From positions 96,412,001-96,476,000 of the forward strand of contig CM052817.1 of assembly GCA_028534125.1 (NCBI GenBank): a DNA stretch of 64,000 bases, read 5' to 3'. The notes under the pieces are model-generated. The model saw only the letters and a list, made by a program, of their open reading frames with translations, was not told the DNA's origin and did not search any database. The stretch is from Lama glama (Eukaryota). The position numbers and the translations under genes are program-made. Positions 62,810 to 64,000 of this stretch are shown in pieces; position 1 is the stretch's first letter, and each line of letters begins with the position of its first letter.

Positions 62810-64000
62810 GGGACCCAGAAAAGATGAGCCTGGCACCCTGCTCAACCCTGCTCAGCCACTGAATCTACCCAGATGGCGCCATCCTGACAACCCCAGTGTT
62901 GATGCTGTTGGTCCATATGGAAGCGCCTTGCAGAATTCCAAAGTGGGCAAACAATTCTCAGCCTTAAACCTAATCCTGCTTCTCCTTCAGCACCTCATCT
63001 GAAAGAGGAGAGATGGGGACCAATGTGTCTCACGCAGCCTCTCCCACTTCCCCTCCTGCTAACAATATCCTTGTTGTGGAGGGGTTGGGCCAGGATTCCC
63101 CTCTGAAAACTCCACAAACTGGCCAGCCAGACCTGCCTCTTGAAATTTTAAAGAAGCCTGGTTATGAGAAATCCCTCACTCTTGCTCAAAACCTTTGGCT
63201 TTCTGAAGTTAAGAAAATCAACCTTGAGATTCAAGCCTCTCTAGGTCAGTGGTTCTACGGGCATGTTGGAAAGTTGTGGGGTGAATCTTGGTTGTCACAA
63301 AAATTGGGCAGCTCCAGGTTACTGGCATTTAGTAGACGAGGGTCAAGGGTAATCAACATCCTGGAATGAAGGAGGCAGTTCCATAATGAAAAATCATCGT
63401 TTCCAAAGTTCATGTAGATGAGAGATCTGTTAAGCATTTTCTGAGCTTAAAACCTAACTCTAACAAACTGGTTCAGCATGGTTTAAATATAAATCATGTA
63501 TTTAGTTTACATAAGCCAGTTTCAAATTTCCAGCAAGGCAATTAATGCATAAGTGAGGGAAGATGACCCTCTGCCTTGTTTGAAACATGACCGAGTTTTT
63601 CCCTATTTCAAAAAATCACAAAGAGCAGTACTGTTTGTTGTCTCTGAGTCACACAGAACCTGTCTGCATGGTTGGCTGTCCTTCCGGGCGATCAGAGACA
63701 CAAGTCTTACGCCTTCGGTGCAGGTGTACCCAGCATTACACTGACATGCATATTATTTCACCTTAAGTCATTTCCTCTGTCTCTCCTTTCTATTTCAACT
63801 AGAGCATTGCATGATATTTAAAAGAATGTAGTAGGCAGCTAATGTTAGCTCTAAAATTTCATTGTAGGAGAATAAAGGAGGAATAAAAAATGATTGTTAC
63901 ATGAAGGGGTTTGGAGTCAGGCAAGGACAAGAGCTACTGCTCTGGGCAATCCCCACTTTCCCGCTCTCCATATTGAGTGCTTGCATGTGCCAGGTGCTCA

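Noticed and set aside
1..64000. CRISPR arrays, operons, defence systems, rRNA or intact viral/transposase genes
   Set aside because: The sequence is mammalian non-coding DNA. No regularly spaced repeat-spacer array, rRNA-like segment or intact long ORF is visible.

Overview
Placental-mammal genomic DNA, most likely camelid (alpaca/camel). The basis is one tRNA-derived SINE at ~58.5 kb resembling the camelid vic-1-type family, cetartiodactyl-type L1 3' ends, and no Alu, B1/B2, Bov-A/tA, PRE-1 or CAN-SINE that I could see. The window reads as intergenic or deep-intronic. I recognise no cellular protein-coding gene: the only ORFs with identifiable homology are broken LINE-1 ORF2 pieces and a CR1/L3 ORF2 remnant. 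A large part is interspersed repeat: young and old L1, L2, MIR, ERVL/MaLR solo LTRs, Tigger/hAT MITEs, CR1 and microsatellites. Subfamily names come from memory of consensus sequences, and boundaries of old elements are approximate. Unique blocks between repeats carry transcription-factor motif clusters (Forkhead/ONECUT, RUNX-STAT-kB, E-box/CLEAR, CTCF) and several exon-like segments that could belong to an unannotated spliced transcript. I cannot support a claim of a new biological system. The best-supported points of interest are a nested L1-in-L1 with two TSD pairs and a mini 3' transduction, an L1 inserted into the arm of a 19-bp hairpin, fold-back templated micro-insertions, and candidate enhancers/exons.
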